Source of the DNA: Dehalococcoidia bacterium
Lineage (GTDB): Bacteria; Chloroflexota; Dehalococcoidia; Lucifugimonadales; SAR202-VII-2
Assembly (NCBI GenBank): GCA_965263165.1
Contig: OZ253584.1
Span: 245,785 to 309,784 of the forward strand
DNA: 64,000 nt
Reading direction: 5' to 3'
In this document: piece by piece, positions 18,893 to 30,616 of the stretch
Position numbering within the stretch: position 1 is the stretch's first letter
How the letters are laid out: the number at the start of each line of letters is the position of its first letter
Notes under the pieces: generated by a model
What the model was told of the DNA's origin: nothing
The model's database searches: none
Seen by the model: only the letters and a program-made list of their open reading frames with translations
Translations under genes and position numbers: made by a program

Positions 18893-19378
18893 GTGCCCAA
18901 CGTGCTCATCGCCGTCATAGGCGGCAACAACCCTTCTGAGGAAGACATGAAGCTCGCTGAAGAAGTGGGATTGGGGCTCGCGTCGAGGGGCGCGACCGTG
19001 GTGTGTGGGGGGCTTGGCGGCGTCATGGAAGCCGTCTGCCGCGGAGCCAAGAACGGCGGCGGCGCCACCATCGGCATCCTACCCGGCGGCGACCCGCAAG
19101 CCGCCAACCCCTGGGTCGACTATCCCATCTGCACCGGCATGGGCTATGCGCGGAACGCCATCGTCGTCAAGGCTGCCCGAGCCGTCATCGCCATTGATGG
19201 CGCCTACGGCACACTGTCGGAGATCGGCCATGCGCTTGGGGACGGAACCCCCGTCGTGGGCCTGCGCACCTGGGACCTGTCGCTCAACGGCAAGCCGGAT
19301 ACCGCCATCGCCCGGGCCAACAACGCCGCGGAGGCCGTCGACTTCGCAATGACCGCCGCGAACAATCAAACTCCATAG
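18893..19378 (+). CDS. TIGR00725 / LOG-like (lysine-decarboxylase-like Rossmann) family protein
   Basis: IAVIGG...VVCGGLGGVMEAVCRGA...GILPG...GAYGTLSEIG. GTG start. Confidence 0.7.
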   Translation: MPNVLIAVIGGNNPSEEDMKLAEEVGLGLASRGATVVCGGLGGVMEAVCRGAKNGGGATIGILPGGDPQAANPWVDYPICTGMGYARNAIVVKAARAVIAIDGAYGTLSEIGHALGDGTPVVGLRTWDLSLNGKPDTAIARANNAAEAVDFAMTAANNQTP

Positions 19379-19405
19379 AACAGCCGTAATAAGCGCAACG
19401 AATAA

Positions 19406-20725
<1,320 letters not shown>

Positions 20726-20832
20726 CGGCGCTTCCCAGGGACGTTAGCTCCAGGTGCGAGGCGGGAGAAGGTTAGGTTGGGGGACACCCAACAACCTCTC
20801 TGGAGGCTATGGTTTAGAATGGGGCCGCTTGA

Positions 20833-21873
<1,041 letters not shown>

Positions 21874-21901
21874 ACCAACAGCGCGTCCTATGAGAACGTC
21901 A

Positions 21902-21935
21902 GAGAGCCAGCCTGCCCGGCTGGCTCTCCTCGTTT
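21902..21935 (+). terminator. probable intrinsic terminator after gap
   Basis: Stem GAGAGCCAGC / GCTGGCTCTC followed by CTCGTTTCC (short T run). Confidence 0.45.
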
Positions 21936-22064
21936 CCGGGCCAACTCTCTTAGCTTTGAAGAGGCGGAGGACCGGGTTTGCCGGAGGCGGGCATCGGGGG
22001 ACGGTCTCAAACGGAAGGCGCTGTGTGTCCAGGGACGACGAAAGCCAGCGAAAGCCGCGGCCTG

Positions 22065-22988
22065 CTACACAGCGGCAGCCATTCGCTTGGCTGACAACAA
22101 CGTGTTGGACAAGAGCATCGCAATAGTCATTGGCCCAACCCCGCCCGGTACCGGGGTGATGGCGGAGACCTTCCCGGCAACGGCATCGAAGTCGACGTCG
22201 CCCACAAGGCGGTACCCTGACTTCTTTGTCGAGTCCTCTATCCGGTTGGTCCCCACGTCAATAACGACGGCGCCCTCGCTCACCATGTCGGCCGTGATGA
22301 ACCGCGGCTGGCCCATGGCAGCCACGAGGATGTCGGCCTGACGGGTGATGCTGGGCAGGTCCTTGGTGGCGCTATGGCACAGGGTTACCGTGGCGTTTGC
22401 GCCCGGCTTCTTCTGCATCATGATAGCTGCCACCGGTTTCCCCACAATATCGCTGCGCCCCACGACCACGATGTGTTTGCCGCCGGGGTCGTTGCCGGTG
22501 CGGAGGAGGAGCTGTTGGACCCCGGCGGGCGTGCAGGGAACAAACCCCTCCGCTCCGGCCAGAAGCCGCCCCGCATTCACCGGATGCAGGCCGTCCACGT
22601 CCTTGTCCGGGCTCACCGAGTCCAGCACCCTGCGGCTGTTGATCCTGCCAGGCAGGGGGAGCTGCACCAGGGTCCCATGAAAGCGAGCGTCGTCGTTGAG
22701 CCGCCGGACGAGGTCAAGGAGCTCCGCCTCTGAGGTGTCGGAGGGCAGGTTGAAGACCTCGTTGAAAAGGCCGGCCTCGTCGCAGGCGCGGGCCTTGTTG
22801 CGAACGTAAACGTGGGAGGCGGGGGCGTCCCCGACGAGAATCGCGGCCAATCCGGGCGTGATGCCGGACTCGGCCTTGAAGCTGGCAGCCGCTTCGGCGA
22901 CCTCCTGGCGGATCTGCAGAGCGATAGCCTTGCCATCGATGATCTGGGCCGTCAAATCGCCTCCGCTAGTCGTTGTTCTCAAGGCCAA
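22065..22988 (-). CDS. folD: bifunctional methylenetetrahydrofolate dehydrogenase/cyclohydrolase
   Basis: IIDGKAIA...YVRNK...VVVGRSDIVGKPVA...TPVPGGVGPMT. Confidence 0.95.
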   Translation of the reverse strand: MALRTTTSGGDLTAQIIDGKAIALQIRQEVAEAAASFKAESGITPGLAAILVGDAPASHVYVRNKARACDEAGLFNEVFNLPSDTSEAELLDLVRRLNDDARFHGTLVQLPLPGRINSRRVLDSVSPDKDVDGLHPVNAGRLLAGAEGFVPCTPAGVQQLLLRTGNDPGGKHIVVVGRSDIVGKPVAAIMMQKKPGANATVTLCHSATKDLPSITRQADILVAAMGQPRFITADMVSEGAVVIDVGTNRIEDSTKKSGYRLVGDVDFDAVAGKVSAITPVPGGVGPMTIAMLLSNTLLSAKRMAAAV

Positions 22989-23027
22989 CCGCCGGCGCCC
23001 TGAAGGAGTTGCAGAGTGGTTGAAACG

Positions 23028-23825
23028 CTATTCACCCAGGAAGTGCGGGCTACGCTTCTCCTGAAAGGAGCGCACACCCTCCTGGAAGTCCCTGCCGCCA
23101 AAAACGCTGAGCGGCAAATCGCGCTCTTCCTGGGTCAGCTCGTCCAGCGCCCTACCCCGAGCCAAGGTCCTGAGAATTTGCTTGTGAATACGATGCGAGG
23201 CGGGCGCCAGCGCGCTGAGGCGGCTGGCCAAGGCCGCAACTCGTTCGTCGAGTTGGCGGACGGGGACCACTTGGTGGACAAGCCCCAAGCGGTGTGCCTC
23301 AGCGGAGTCGATGAGGTCAGCGGTGAGGAGAATGTAAGCTGCGTTGGCCGCCCCGACCACCTGCGCGAGACGTTGGGATTCGTGGTAGCCCGCGGTGATG
23401 CCGATCCTGGCGACCGGAATGCCGAACTTGCTGCCCTCGGCGGCAAGCCGGAGGTCCGAGCTCAGAGCAATCTCGCAGCCGCCTCCAACGCAGAAGCCGT
23501 TGATCCTGGCGATGACGGGCTTGGATAGGCCCTCCAGCGCCCGCAAGGTTGACTCGAGAGCCAGCGCGTACTTCCCGGCGGCCTCGGGGTTGCTGCGATG
23601 CTCCTGGAAATCCTTGATGTCGGCGCCGGCGGAGAAGGCCTCATCGGCGGCGCCTGTGACCACGACGGCTCGAATGCGCGGGTCTTCTTCAAGGCTGCCC
23701 AAGACTTCGGCGAGCTCCAGCCACATAGGATAGCTAATGGCGTTGCGCTGCTCAGGCCGGTTCAGCGTCACCGTAGCGATGCGCTCATGTTTGTCTACCA
23801 AGATCTCGTGGCTCATACCACTCAT
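23028..23825 (-). CDS. enoyl-CoA hydratase/isomerase (crotonase) family protein
   Basis: TLNRPEQRNA...VVTGA...AFSAGADI...INGFCVGGGCEIA. Confidence 0.85.
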   Translation of the reverse strand: MSGMSHEILVDKHERIATVTLNRPEQRNAISYPMWLELAEVLGSLEEDPRIRAVVVTGAADEAFSAGADIKDFQEHRSNPEAAGKYALALESTLRALEGLSKPVIARINGFCVGGGCEIALSSDLRLAAEGSKFGIPVARIGITAGYHESQRLAQVVGAANAAYILLTADLIDSAEAHRLGLVHQVVPVRQLDERVAALASRLSALAPASHRIHKQILRTLARGRALDELTQEERDLPLSVFGGRDFQEGVRSFQEKRSPHFLGE

Positions 23826-23918
23826 TATAGTGCCGAGAGGGGAACCTCGTCATGGACGGCTGGAGGGCGCGCTCCCTATAATGACAGCGCCGAAGGCCGC
23901 GGCCACACAAGGAGGGCC

Positions 23919-24299
23919 ATGCTGGCCACGGGTGTTGATATCATTGAGTTGCGCCGCATCGCCCGCGTGGTCGAGCGTTACGGCGACCGCTTTCTACATC
24001 GCGTCTACACCCAGGGGGAACTGGACTTCTGTCGCGGCCGCATCCCTCAACTGGCAGGCCGTTTCGCTGCCAAGGAGGCGGTGATGAAGGCTCTGGGCAC
24101 GGGTATCCGCGGGGTCGGGTGGCGGGAGGTGGAGGTGGTGCGGCAGCGAGGCAAGCCCCCACATGTCCAGCTCCATGGACGGGCACAAAGAAAGGCCGAG
24201 GCCCTGGGCCTGCTGGAGCTTTCCCTGACCACTTCCCATTCGCAGGACTATGCCGTGGCTTTCGTTGTGGGTATGAGCAATGAAACTCGTCACTGTTGA
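23919..24299 (+). CDS. acpS: holo-[acyl-carrier-protein] synthase
   Basis: The track ORF starts too early. ATG 23919 follows AAGGAGGG and gives MLATGVDIIELRRI...RFAAKEAVMKALG (126 aa). Confidence 0.85.
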   Translation: MLATGVDIIELRRIARVVERYGDRFLHRVYTQGELDFCRGRIPQLAGRFAAKEAVMKALGTGIRGVGWREVEVVRQRGKPPHVQLHGRAQRKAEALGLLELSLTTSHSQDYAVAFVVGMSNETRHC

Positions 24300-25830
24300 T
24301 GAAATGAGGGCCCTGGAGGCCCGCTCCGAAGAGGCTGGCGTTTCCACCGACGCGCTCATGGAAATTGCCGGGCTGACCGTGGCGCGAGAGGCCGCTGCCC
24401 TCCTGCCGGACTACCGCGGCCGACGCATCGTGGTGTTGGTGGGTCCCGGCAACAACGGGGGCGATGGCCTGGTTGCGGCCCGGCGCCTGCAGGAATGGCG
24501 GGCCAATGTGGCTGCCTATATCTGCCTGCCGGGAAAGGCGCTTGCTTCCAAGCTCGATCTAGCTGTAGAGGCGGGCGTTGAGGTAGCGCAGCTTGCCGAC
24601 GCCGCCGACCCGCTGCCGCAACTTCTGGAAGGCGCAGCGCTGGTCATCGACTCGGTGCTGGGAATAGGTCAGGAACGAGCCATCCAGTCGCCGCTGAAGG
24701 AGCAACTGGGCCTGTTGGCCGAGGCCAAGGCGCGCCGTCCCGGCCTGCTGGTGTTGGCCCTGGATATTCCCACGGGCCTCAACGCAGATACCGGGGAAGT
24801 CGATCCCGCGACAGTGACCGCCGAAGTGACGGTGACCCTGGGCGCTCCCAAGATAGGCCTCTACACAACCTCTGCCACAGGGGTAGTTGGGCGGATTGTT
24901 GTGGGAGATATCGGCCTGCCCCCGGGCCTGGACGCCGGCCTCCCAACCGAGTTGATGGACACCGCTCTCATCGGCCCGCTGCTGCCAACGCGGCCCCTGG
25001 GGGCCAACAAGGCCACCTTCGGACGAGCGCTCATCGTTGGCGGTTCTCACCAGTATCTGGGCGCTCCATATCTTGCCTGCGCCGCCGCGGGGCGGGTGGG
25101 AGCGGGCCTGGTTACGTTGGCCGCAGTGCCTCTCGTGCGGTCGGCCGTTGCAACCATGCTCCCAGAGGTGACCCACCTGCCGCTCCCGGAAAGCGGGGGA
25201 ACCGTCGCCCCGGAGGCCGCCGCTGAAGTCGTCGCCGCTCTGGGCCGCTACGAGGCCTTGTTGGTGGGGTGTGGCCTCGGCGATACGGCTGCGACTCGAA
25301 GCTTCGTGCAACAGCTTCTCCTGGCCGAAGCTGCCGAGCCCGCGCCCCGGGTGGTGGATGCGGACGCGTTGAACGCGCTGGCCCGCCTCTATGCGTGGTG
25401 GGAGCGGATGCCGGGGTCTGCCGTATTGACGCCGCACCCCGGCGAGATGGCGCGGCTGGCCAAGTGCTCCATCGAAGACGTGCAGCGGGACAGGCTGGCC
25501 TGCGCGCGAGCCTGCGCCAAGCAGTGGGGACAGGTGGTTGTATTGAAGGGCGCTTACACGGTGATCGCCGCCCCGGACGGACGGGCGCGGGTGAGTCCCT
25601 TTGCGAACCCCGCCCTCGCCACGGCGGGCACGGGCGATGCATTAGCCGGCGCCATCGTGGGACTGCTGGCTCAGGGGTTGGACCCCTTCGACGCCGCTTC
25701 GAGCGGGGTGTGCCTCCACGCCGCCGCCGCCGAACGCGTCTCGGCTGAACTGGGCGACTCCGGCCTACTGGCTTCAGACTTGCTTCCGCTGCTGCCGCTG
25801 GTGATGAAGGCCGCGAAGGAAGCCGTGTGA
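24280..25830 (+). CDS. nnr: bifunctional NAD(P)H-hydrate epimerase / ADP-dependent dehydratase
   Basis: N-terminal YjeF_N domain (VLVGPGNNGGDGLV) plus a C-terminal carbohydrate-kinase-like domain (GTGDALAG). 20-nt overlap with acpS. Confidence 0.9.
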   Translation: MKLVTVDEMRALEARSEEAGVSTDALMEIAGLTVAREAAALLPDYRGRRIVVLVGPGNNGGDGLVAARRLQEWRANVAAYICLPGKALASKLDLAVEAGVEVAQLADAADPLPQLLEGAALVIDSVLGIGQERAIQSPLKEQLGLLAEAKARRPGLLVLALDIPTGLNADTGEVDPATVTAEVTVTLGAPKIGLYTTSATGVVGRIVVGDIGLPPGLDAGLPTELMDTALIGPLLPTRPLGANKATFGRALIVGGSHQYLGAPYLACAAAGRVGAGLVTLAAVPLVRSAVATMLPEVTHLPLPESGGTVAPEAAAEVVAALGRYEALLVGCGLGDTAATRSFVQQLLLAEAAEPAPRVVDADALNALARLYAWWERMPGSAVLTPHPGEMARLAKCSIEDVQRDRLACARACAKQWGQVVVLKGAYTVIAAPDGRARVSPFANPALATAGTGDALAGAIVGLLAQGLDPFDAASSGVCLHAAAAERVSAELGDSGLLASDLLPLLPLVMKAAKEAV

Positions 25831-25945
25831 AGAAGCCGGGGCCGCCCCTGCGCTGGGGGCCCCTGAAACCGATGCCGAGACGATATATGATTGAGAGGAT
25901 CGCCCCATTGGTGGCGGCGTCCAAAGAGGAGTTCGATAAATCGCC

Positions 25946-27334
25946 ATGTCAGACACCACTGTCCGCTATTGGCTCAAGTGCATCAACGACGGCTGCGGGG
26001 CCGCCTACGTTCCAGAGAAGTTCATGGACACGTGCCCCCGCTGCGGCAGCCTCTTCCTCATCGAGAGGGACGAGGAGCAAATCGACCGCGCCGTGGGCAC
26101 GGGCCAGCAGGCGCGAGACTACTTCGACAATATCCGCTTCGGCCCGGGGAGGGACGCCTACCCCTACGGGAGCGGGGTTTTCATGTGGCTGGCCCACATG
26201 CTGCCCGGCTTCCCCGAGGAGGCGGTCATCTCACTGCAAGAGGGGTTCACGGACCTCTTCAAGACGCCGGAATGGCTGCAGCGCCAGGTGGGGCTGCGGC
26301 GCCTCTACATCAAGATGGAGGGCCAACTCCCCTCCCACAGCTTCAAGGACCGCGGATTGTCAGTGGCGGTATCGGAGGCGCTACGGCTCCAGAGGACCTA
26401 CCCGGAGCAGAACGTGCGCTTCGTCGCCTGTGCCAGCACCGGAGACACCTCGGCCTCGGCGGCCATCTACAGCGCCTATGAGGAGAACCTCCGATGCCTG
26501 GTCCTGCTCCCGCATGACCGCGTTTCCGAGGAACAGCTCTTCCAGGCGATGGCCCACGGCGCAACGGTGCTCTCCATCAAACACCCTCAGGGCTTCGACG
26601 CCTGCATGAACCTGGTGGAGGAGTTCTGCGCTCGCCACCCGGAGATCGTGCTGGTCAACTCCAAGAACGCCTTTCGCATTGCAGGCCAGGAGACCATTGC
26701 CCTGGAGATATGCCAGGACCTGCGCTGGCAGGCGCCCGATTGGATCTCGATTCCCTGCGGCAACGGAGGCAACCTCACCGCTCTCCTGGTCTCCCTGGAG
26801 CGAATGTGCCGGCGCGGCCTGATCGACAGGGCGCCGGGGATCATCGTGGCCCAGGCCAGGAGCGCCAACACCCTGGTGCGCTGGGGGCGTAGCGGCTTTA
26901 CAGATTATGCTCCCGGCTCCTCCCGCGGGGAGACGGTGGCCACCGCTATGGATATTCAGGACCCGGTGAGCTTCCCGCGCATCAAGAAGCTGGCCCCAGG
27001 CTTCAACATGGCCTTCTATGACGTGTCTGAAGAGGACATACAGCGGACTCGCGCCATGTTCATGAGCGCAGGGGCGAACATCTGCCCTCAATCCGCCGTG
27101 GCGCTCGACGCGGTGCTCCAAGCCAGGCGGGACGGTGTCGTGAAGGAGGACGACGTGGTCACCTCCATCAGCACTGCCAGCGGGGTCAAGTTCTTCCGCT
27201 CCGGCCTGGCCTACCTGGTGGATGAGGACAAGCCCTACGCCAATCCCCCGCAAGTGGTCAACGGCTCCGTCCAAGACATTGAGGATGCTGTACAGCGCCT
27301 GGCCGGCAACGGCATCTCTGGGAACGAAAGCTAG
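25946..27334 (+). CDS. thrC: threonine synthase (with N-terminal zinc ribbon)
   Basis: CxxxxC...CPRC ribbon, PLP-lysine motif HSFKDRG, 462 aa. Confidence 0.8.
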   Translation: MSDTTVRYWLKCINDGCGAAYVPEKFMDTCPRCGSLFLIERDEEQIDRAVGTGQQARDYFDNIRFGPGRDAYPYGSGVFMWLAHMLPGFPEEAVISLQEGFTDLFKTPEWLQRQVGLRRLYIKMEGQLPSHSFKDRGLSVAVSEALRLQRTYPEQNVRFVACASTGDTSASAAIYSAYEENLRCLVLLPHDRVSEEQLFQAMAHGATVLSIKHPQGFDACMNLVEEFCARHPEIVLVNSKNAFRIAGQETIALEICQDLRWQAPDWISIPCGNGGNLTALLVSLERMCRRGLIDRAPGIIVAQARSANTLVRWGRSGFTDYAPGSSRGETVATAMDIQDPVSFPRIKKLAPGFNMAFYDVSEEDIQRTRAMFMSAGANICPQSAVALDAVLQARRDGVVKEDDVVTSISTASGVKFFRSGLAYLVDEDKPYANPPQVVNGSVQDIEDAVQRLAGNGISGNES

Positions 27335-27468
27335 GGAGCCTCGGAACAAGCCGCCAACTCGATCGCGTTCCCTATCTGACTATGCCGTAATCCACGGACC
27401 TATTTAGGCTATCTCCAAACCCTCGGCGACCTCACCCCCGCCTAGGTCGTCGCTCGATGGCAAGCTCA

Positions 27469-27509
27469 AAAAAGGAGTCCGAGTTTCATCAATGTGCCGA
27501 ACGAGTACG
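27469..27509 (+). mobile_element. solo right-end remnant of the neighbouring IS481-like element
   Basis: AAAAGGAGtCCGAGTtTCAtcAATGTgCcGAACGAGTACg aligns in direct orientation with the IS right end at 28548-28588 (about 34 of 41 positions identical). Confidence 0.5.
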
Positions 27510-27514
27510 GCTCC

Positions 27515-28588
27515 TGTTCTCGTTCAGATAGATCAGTGACACTGGGTTACAGTGTCAGCCATGCGAATCGTGAATGGGAACGTGCCCCAAGCACGCAGGT
27601 TAGCCCACACCGGCGCAGCCCTGAGCAGAGCGGCCCGCGTCCGACTGGCGTGGATGGACTACTACCACTCCCACGGCCAGAACGCCTCCCTCACCTGCCG
27701 GCACTTCGGCATCACCCGGCAGACCTTCTACCGCTGGAAACGCCGCTACGACCCCGACCGGCTCGCCAGCCTGGAAGCACGCGGGCGGCGGCCCCGCCGG
27801 CTACGCCAGCCCACTTGGGGACGGGAGCTCGCCCTCGCAGTGCTCCACGTCCGGGAGCAGTACCCCCGGTGGGGCAAGGACAAGCTTGCCGTGGTGCTCC
27901 GCCGCGCGGGCTGGACCGTCTCCACCTCCATGGTGGGGCGCATCCTCGCCCGGCTGAAGGCCCGCGGCGTCCTGCGGGAGGCGCCCCTGGCGGCCATCTC
28001 CATCCGCAAGCGGGCGTTTCGGCGCCCCTATGCGGTGCGCAAGCCGCAGGGGTATGCCGTGGACCAGCCCGGCGACCTCGTCCAGGTGGACACCCTGGAC
28101 GTGCGCCCCCTGCCCGGCGTCGTGCTCAAACACTTCACCGCCCGCGACATCGTCTCCCGCTGGGACGTGCTGGAAGCCCGCACCCGCGCGACAGCCACCA
28201 CCGCCGCGGGCTTCCTCGACCGGCTCGTGGCCCGCATGCCCTTCCCCGTCCGCGCCATCCAGGTGGACGGTGGCTCCGAGTTCCAGGCCGCCTTCGAAGA
28301 CGCCTGCCAGGCACGCGGCATCCGCCTCTTCGTCCTGCCCCCGCGCTCGCCCAAGCTGAACGGCTGCGTCGAGCGCGCCCAGCGCACCCACACGGAGGAG
28401 TTCTATGAGGTCACCCCCTTCTCCTTGGAGATCGCCGCCCTGAACCGCGAGCTCCTGGCCTGGGAGCGCACCTACAACACTGTCCGGCCGCACCAGGCCC
28501 TCGGTTATCTCACCCCTGCCCAGTTCCTCACCCGATGGTCAGCTCAGCAAAAGGAGGCCGAGTGTCACTAATGTACTGAACGAGTACA
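27515..28588 (+). mobile_element. IS481-family insertion sequence
   Basis: Terminal inverted repeats TGTTCTCGTTCAGATAGATCAGTGACACT (27515-27543) and the reverse complement of 28561-28588 (TGTACTCGTTCAGTACATTAGTGACACT). Flanked by the 5-bp direct repeat GCTCC (27510-27514 and 28589-28593). Confidence 0.8.
27561..28571 (+). CDS. IS481-family DDE (rve) transposase
   Basis: N-terminal HTH (CRHFGITRQTFYRWKRRY) and integrase core (VQVDT...IQVDGGSEF...NGCVERAQRT). The stop lies inside the right IR. Confidence 0.85.
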   Translation: MRIVNGNVPQARRLAHTGAALSRAARVRLAWMDYYHSHGQNASLTCRHFGITRQTFYRWKRRYDPDRLASLEARGRRPRRLRQPTWGRELALAVLHVREQYPRWGKDKLAVVLRRAGWTVSTSMVGRILARLKARGVLREAPLAAISIRKRAFRRPYAVRKPQGYAVDQPGDLVQVDTLDVRPLPGVVLKHFTARDIVSRWDVLEARTRATATTAAGFLDRLVARMPFPVRAIQVDGGSEFQAAFEDACQARGIRLFVLPPRSPKLNGCVERAQRTHTEEFYEVTPFSLEIAALNRELLAWERTYNTVRPHQALGYLTPAQFLTRWSAQQKEAECH

Positions 28589-28654
28589 GCTCCTTGACAC
28601 TTCATCCGCTGCTGGCTACGCTGAGTCGCGGTCTCCCGTGGGCCCATAAGCTTA

Positions 28655-28729
28655 GGGCCCGTAGCTCAGTGGCAGAGCGGCCGGCTCATAACCGGTTGGT
28701 CGTAGGTTCGAACCCTGCCGGGCCCACCA
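28655..28729 (+). tRNA. tRNA-Met (anticodon CAT; could also be a lysidine-modified Ile2)
   Basis: GGGCCCG-TA-GCTC-AGTGGC-AGAGC-G-GCCGG-CTCATAA-CCGGT-TGGTC-GTAGG-TTCGAAC-CCTGC-CGGGCCC-A-CCA folds as a cloverleaf with an encoded CCA. Confidence 0.9.
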
Positions 28730-30309
28730 TGTAAGACCGAATTCATAACTCGCCCGTTTAGGGCTATCTCTGTGGCGTCCGCTCCCCCTATAGGGCTGTC
28801 ATCCGGCGTGGGAATCGAGTAGATGATGGCGGCCCTGCCGGGCTTGACCTGTACCTCCTTGACGAAGGAGTGAACGAAGGCCCTGGTCTCGGTCAGCTCG
28901 CTGGTCTTGAGGAAGTCGCTCATCTCCTCTGCGAAGGTGGCGATGGTGTCGGCGCTGTCCAGAAGCTGCCTCCTCTCTTTCAGCAGCCCTCTCGCCTCCT
29001 CTGCGGCGACCTCAAGGGTCTCCTTGCGCTCCCGGAGTTCCACGATGAGGTCCGAAGCCTCGGCCACGTCCACGCTGTCGCTCTTCGCTATGAAGTGCCA
29101 GACGCGGCCCAGTTGCTTCTTCACCTCCTCAAGCTCCCCGTCGATACTCTCCAGCCTCTCCCGCTGGTCGCGGGCCACGCCGTCCATCTCCTCGTCCAGC
29201 AGCTTCACCAGGTCTCTGATGTTGGACTCGGTGAGGATGTTGGCGCGAAGCTCATCGACGATGATCTTCTCGAATTTCTTGGCGTTGAGCCTGGGGGTCT
29301 TGCAGGTGCCTTTGCCCCGCTTGAGGAGGGAGTGGCAGATGTAGTAGGTGTACTTGCCGCTCTTGGCCTCGGCTGCGGTCATGGCCTTGCCGCAGGTCTC
29401 GCACTTGGCGATGCCGCTGAGCAGGTAGGGGCTGGAGATGCGGCGGGGGTTCACCTTCTTCGGGGCGCGGGACTCCATCATCCCGGCGATGCGCCGGAAC
29501 TCCCGCCTGGAGACGATGCCGGGGTGTGCGTCCTCGACGCGCACGGGGGGCTGACCGTCCTTGGCCTTCTCTCCCCAGACCACGGTTCCGGCATACGCCT
29601 CGTTGGTGAGCACGAAGTGGACGGTGGTCTTGAGCCACTTCTTGCCGTTGGAGGTGGGGATGCCCTCGGCGTTGAGGGTCTTGGCGATGTCGAGGGTGCT
29701 CTTTCCCTGGAGGGCCATGTCGAAGATGCGCCGGACCACTGCGTCGGCGGGCGGGTTCAGCTCCAGCTTGGGGCGCTTCTTCGGCCCGTCCTGGACGTGG
29801 ACCCGCTTGTAGCCGTAGGGGGCGTAGGTGGTCATCCAGAAGCCTCTGGACGCCGCCTCCCGCATCCCCCGCGTAACCTCCTGGGCAAGATTTTCACTGT
29901 AAAATTCGTCCACGCCCTCGATGATGGCCTCCAACAACCTGCCGGAAGCGGTGTCCTCGGCCTGCTCGGTGATGGAGACCACGCGGATGCCCCGTCTGCG
30001 CAGCATGGACTTGAAGGCGACGGCGTGCTCGCGCTTGCGGGTGAACCTGGAGAATTTCCAGACAAGGATTTCCTTGAATGGGGCCTCGGGCTTCCCGGCC
30101 GCGTCGAGCATCTTCTGGAACTGGGGCCGGTCTGCGATGCGCCCGCTCTCGGCCTCGTCCACGTACTCGCGGCAGACCAGGTAGTCGTTCTTCTCGGCGT
30201 AGTCCCTGAGCGCCCGTAGCTGGGCGGCCACGGACAGGTCCACGTCCTGGCGGTCGCTGGATACCCTGGCGTAGAGGGCCGCTGGCGTGCGGTCTAGTCG
30301 GTCGTTCAT
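28666..30309 (-). CDS. large serine recombinase (integrase)
   Basis: ALYARVSSDRQ (catalytic Ser), a resolvase domain, a recombinase domain, a Cys4 zinc ribbon (CETCG...YYICH...C) and a coiled coil. Real start is ATG 30309 (MNDRLDRT). The last ~21 codons are read from the complement of the tRNA gene. Confidence 0.9.
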   Translation of the reverse strand: MNDRLDRTPAALYARVSSDRQDVDLSVAAQLRALRDYAEKNDYLVCREYVDEAESGRIADRPQFQKMLDAAGKPEAPFKEILVWKFSRFTRKREHAVAFKSMLRRRGIRVVSITEQAEDTASGRLLEAIIEGVDEFYSENLAQEVTRGMREAASRGFWMTTYAPYGYKRVHVQDGPKKRPKLELNPPADAVVRRIFDMALQGKSTLDIAKTLNAEGIPTSNGKKWLKTTVHFVLTNEAYAGTVVWGEKAKDGQPPVRVEDAHPGIVSRREFRRIAGMMESRAPKKVNPRRISSPYLLSGIAKCETCGKAMTAAEAKSGKYTYYICHSLLKRGKGTCKTPRLNAKKFEKIIVDELRANILTESNIRDLVKLLDEEMDGVARDQRERLESIDGELEEVKKQLGRVWHFIAKSDSVDVAEASDLIVELRERKETLEVAAEEARGLLKERRQLLDSADTIATFAEEMSDFLKTSELTETRAFVHSFVKEVQVKPGRAAIIYSIPTPDDSPIGGADATEIALNGRVMNSVLHGGPGRVRTYDQPVMSRPLCH

Positions 30310-30533
30310 CAGTCTCTCCTCCCTGTGTCTTCCTGTGCTGTAGTCGTGCGGGAGCGCAGCCATTCCAGCCGCTCCCGTCTGCGCCATTCCCGCTCCTCCA
30401 TGAACAGGCGGATACCCTGTCTGAGCAGCTCGCTCACGGAGAGGTCGTCCTCCTTCATCACATTCCGCACCTGCGCCTCCATCTCCGGGGGCAGGGAGAA
30501 GGTGATGGTCTTGGAACGCCTGGGAGTGGTCAT
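30309..30533 (-). CDS. ribbon-helix-helix (CopG/Arc-like) protein
   Basis: 74 aa. KTITFSLPPEMEAQVRNVMKEDDLSVSELLRQGIRLFM is a typical RHH beta-strand plus two helices. ATGA overlap with the recombinase start. Confidence 0.6.
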   Translation of the reverse strand: MTTPRRSKTITFSLPPEMEAQVRNVMKEDDLSVSELLRQGIRLFMEEREWRRRERLEWLRSRTTTAQEDTGRRD

Positions 30534-30616
30534 GCTCTCTCTTTTTGCCTCTGTTTATCGTGCTATGTCTTACTATACACTATCTCAGCGTGGACTTCAA
30601 ATCCTGCCGGGGGCCA

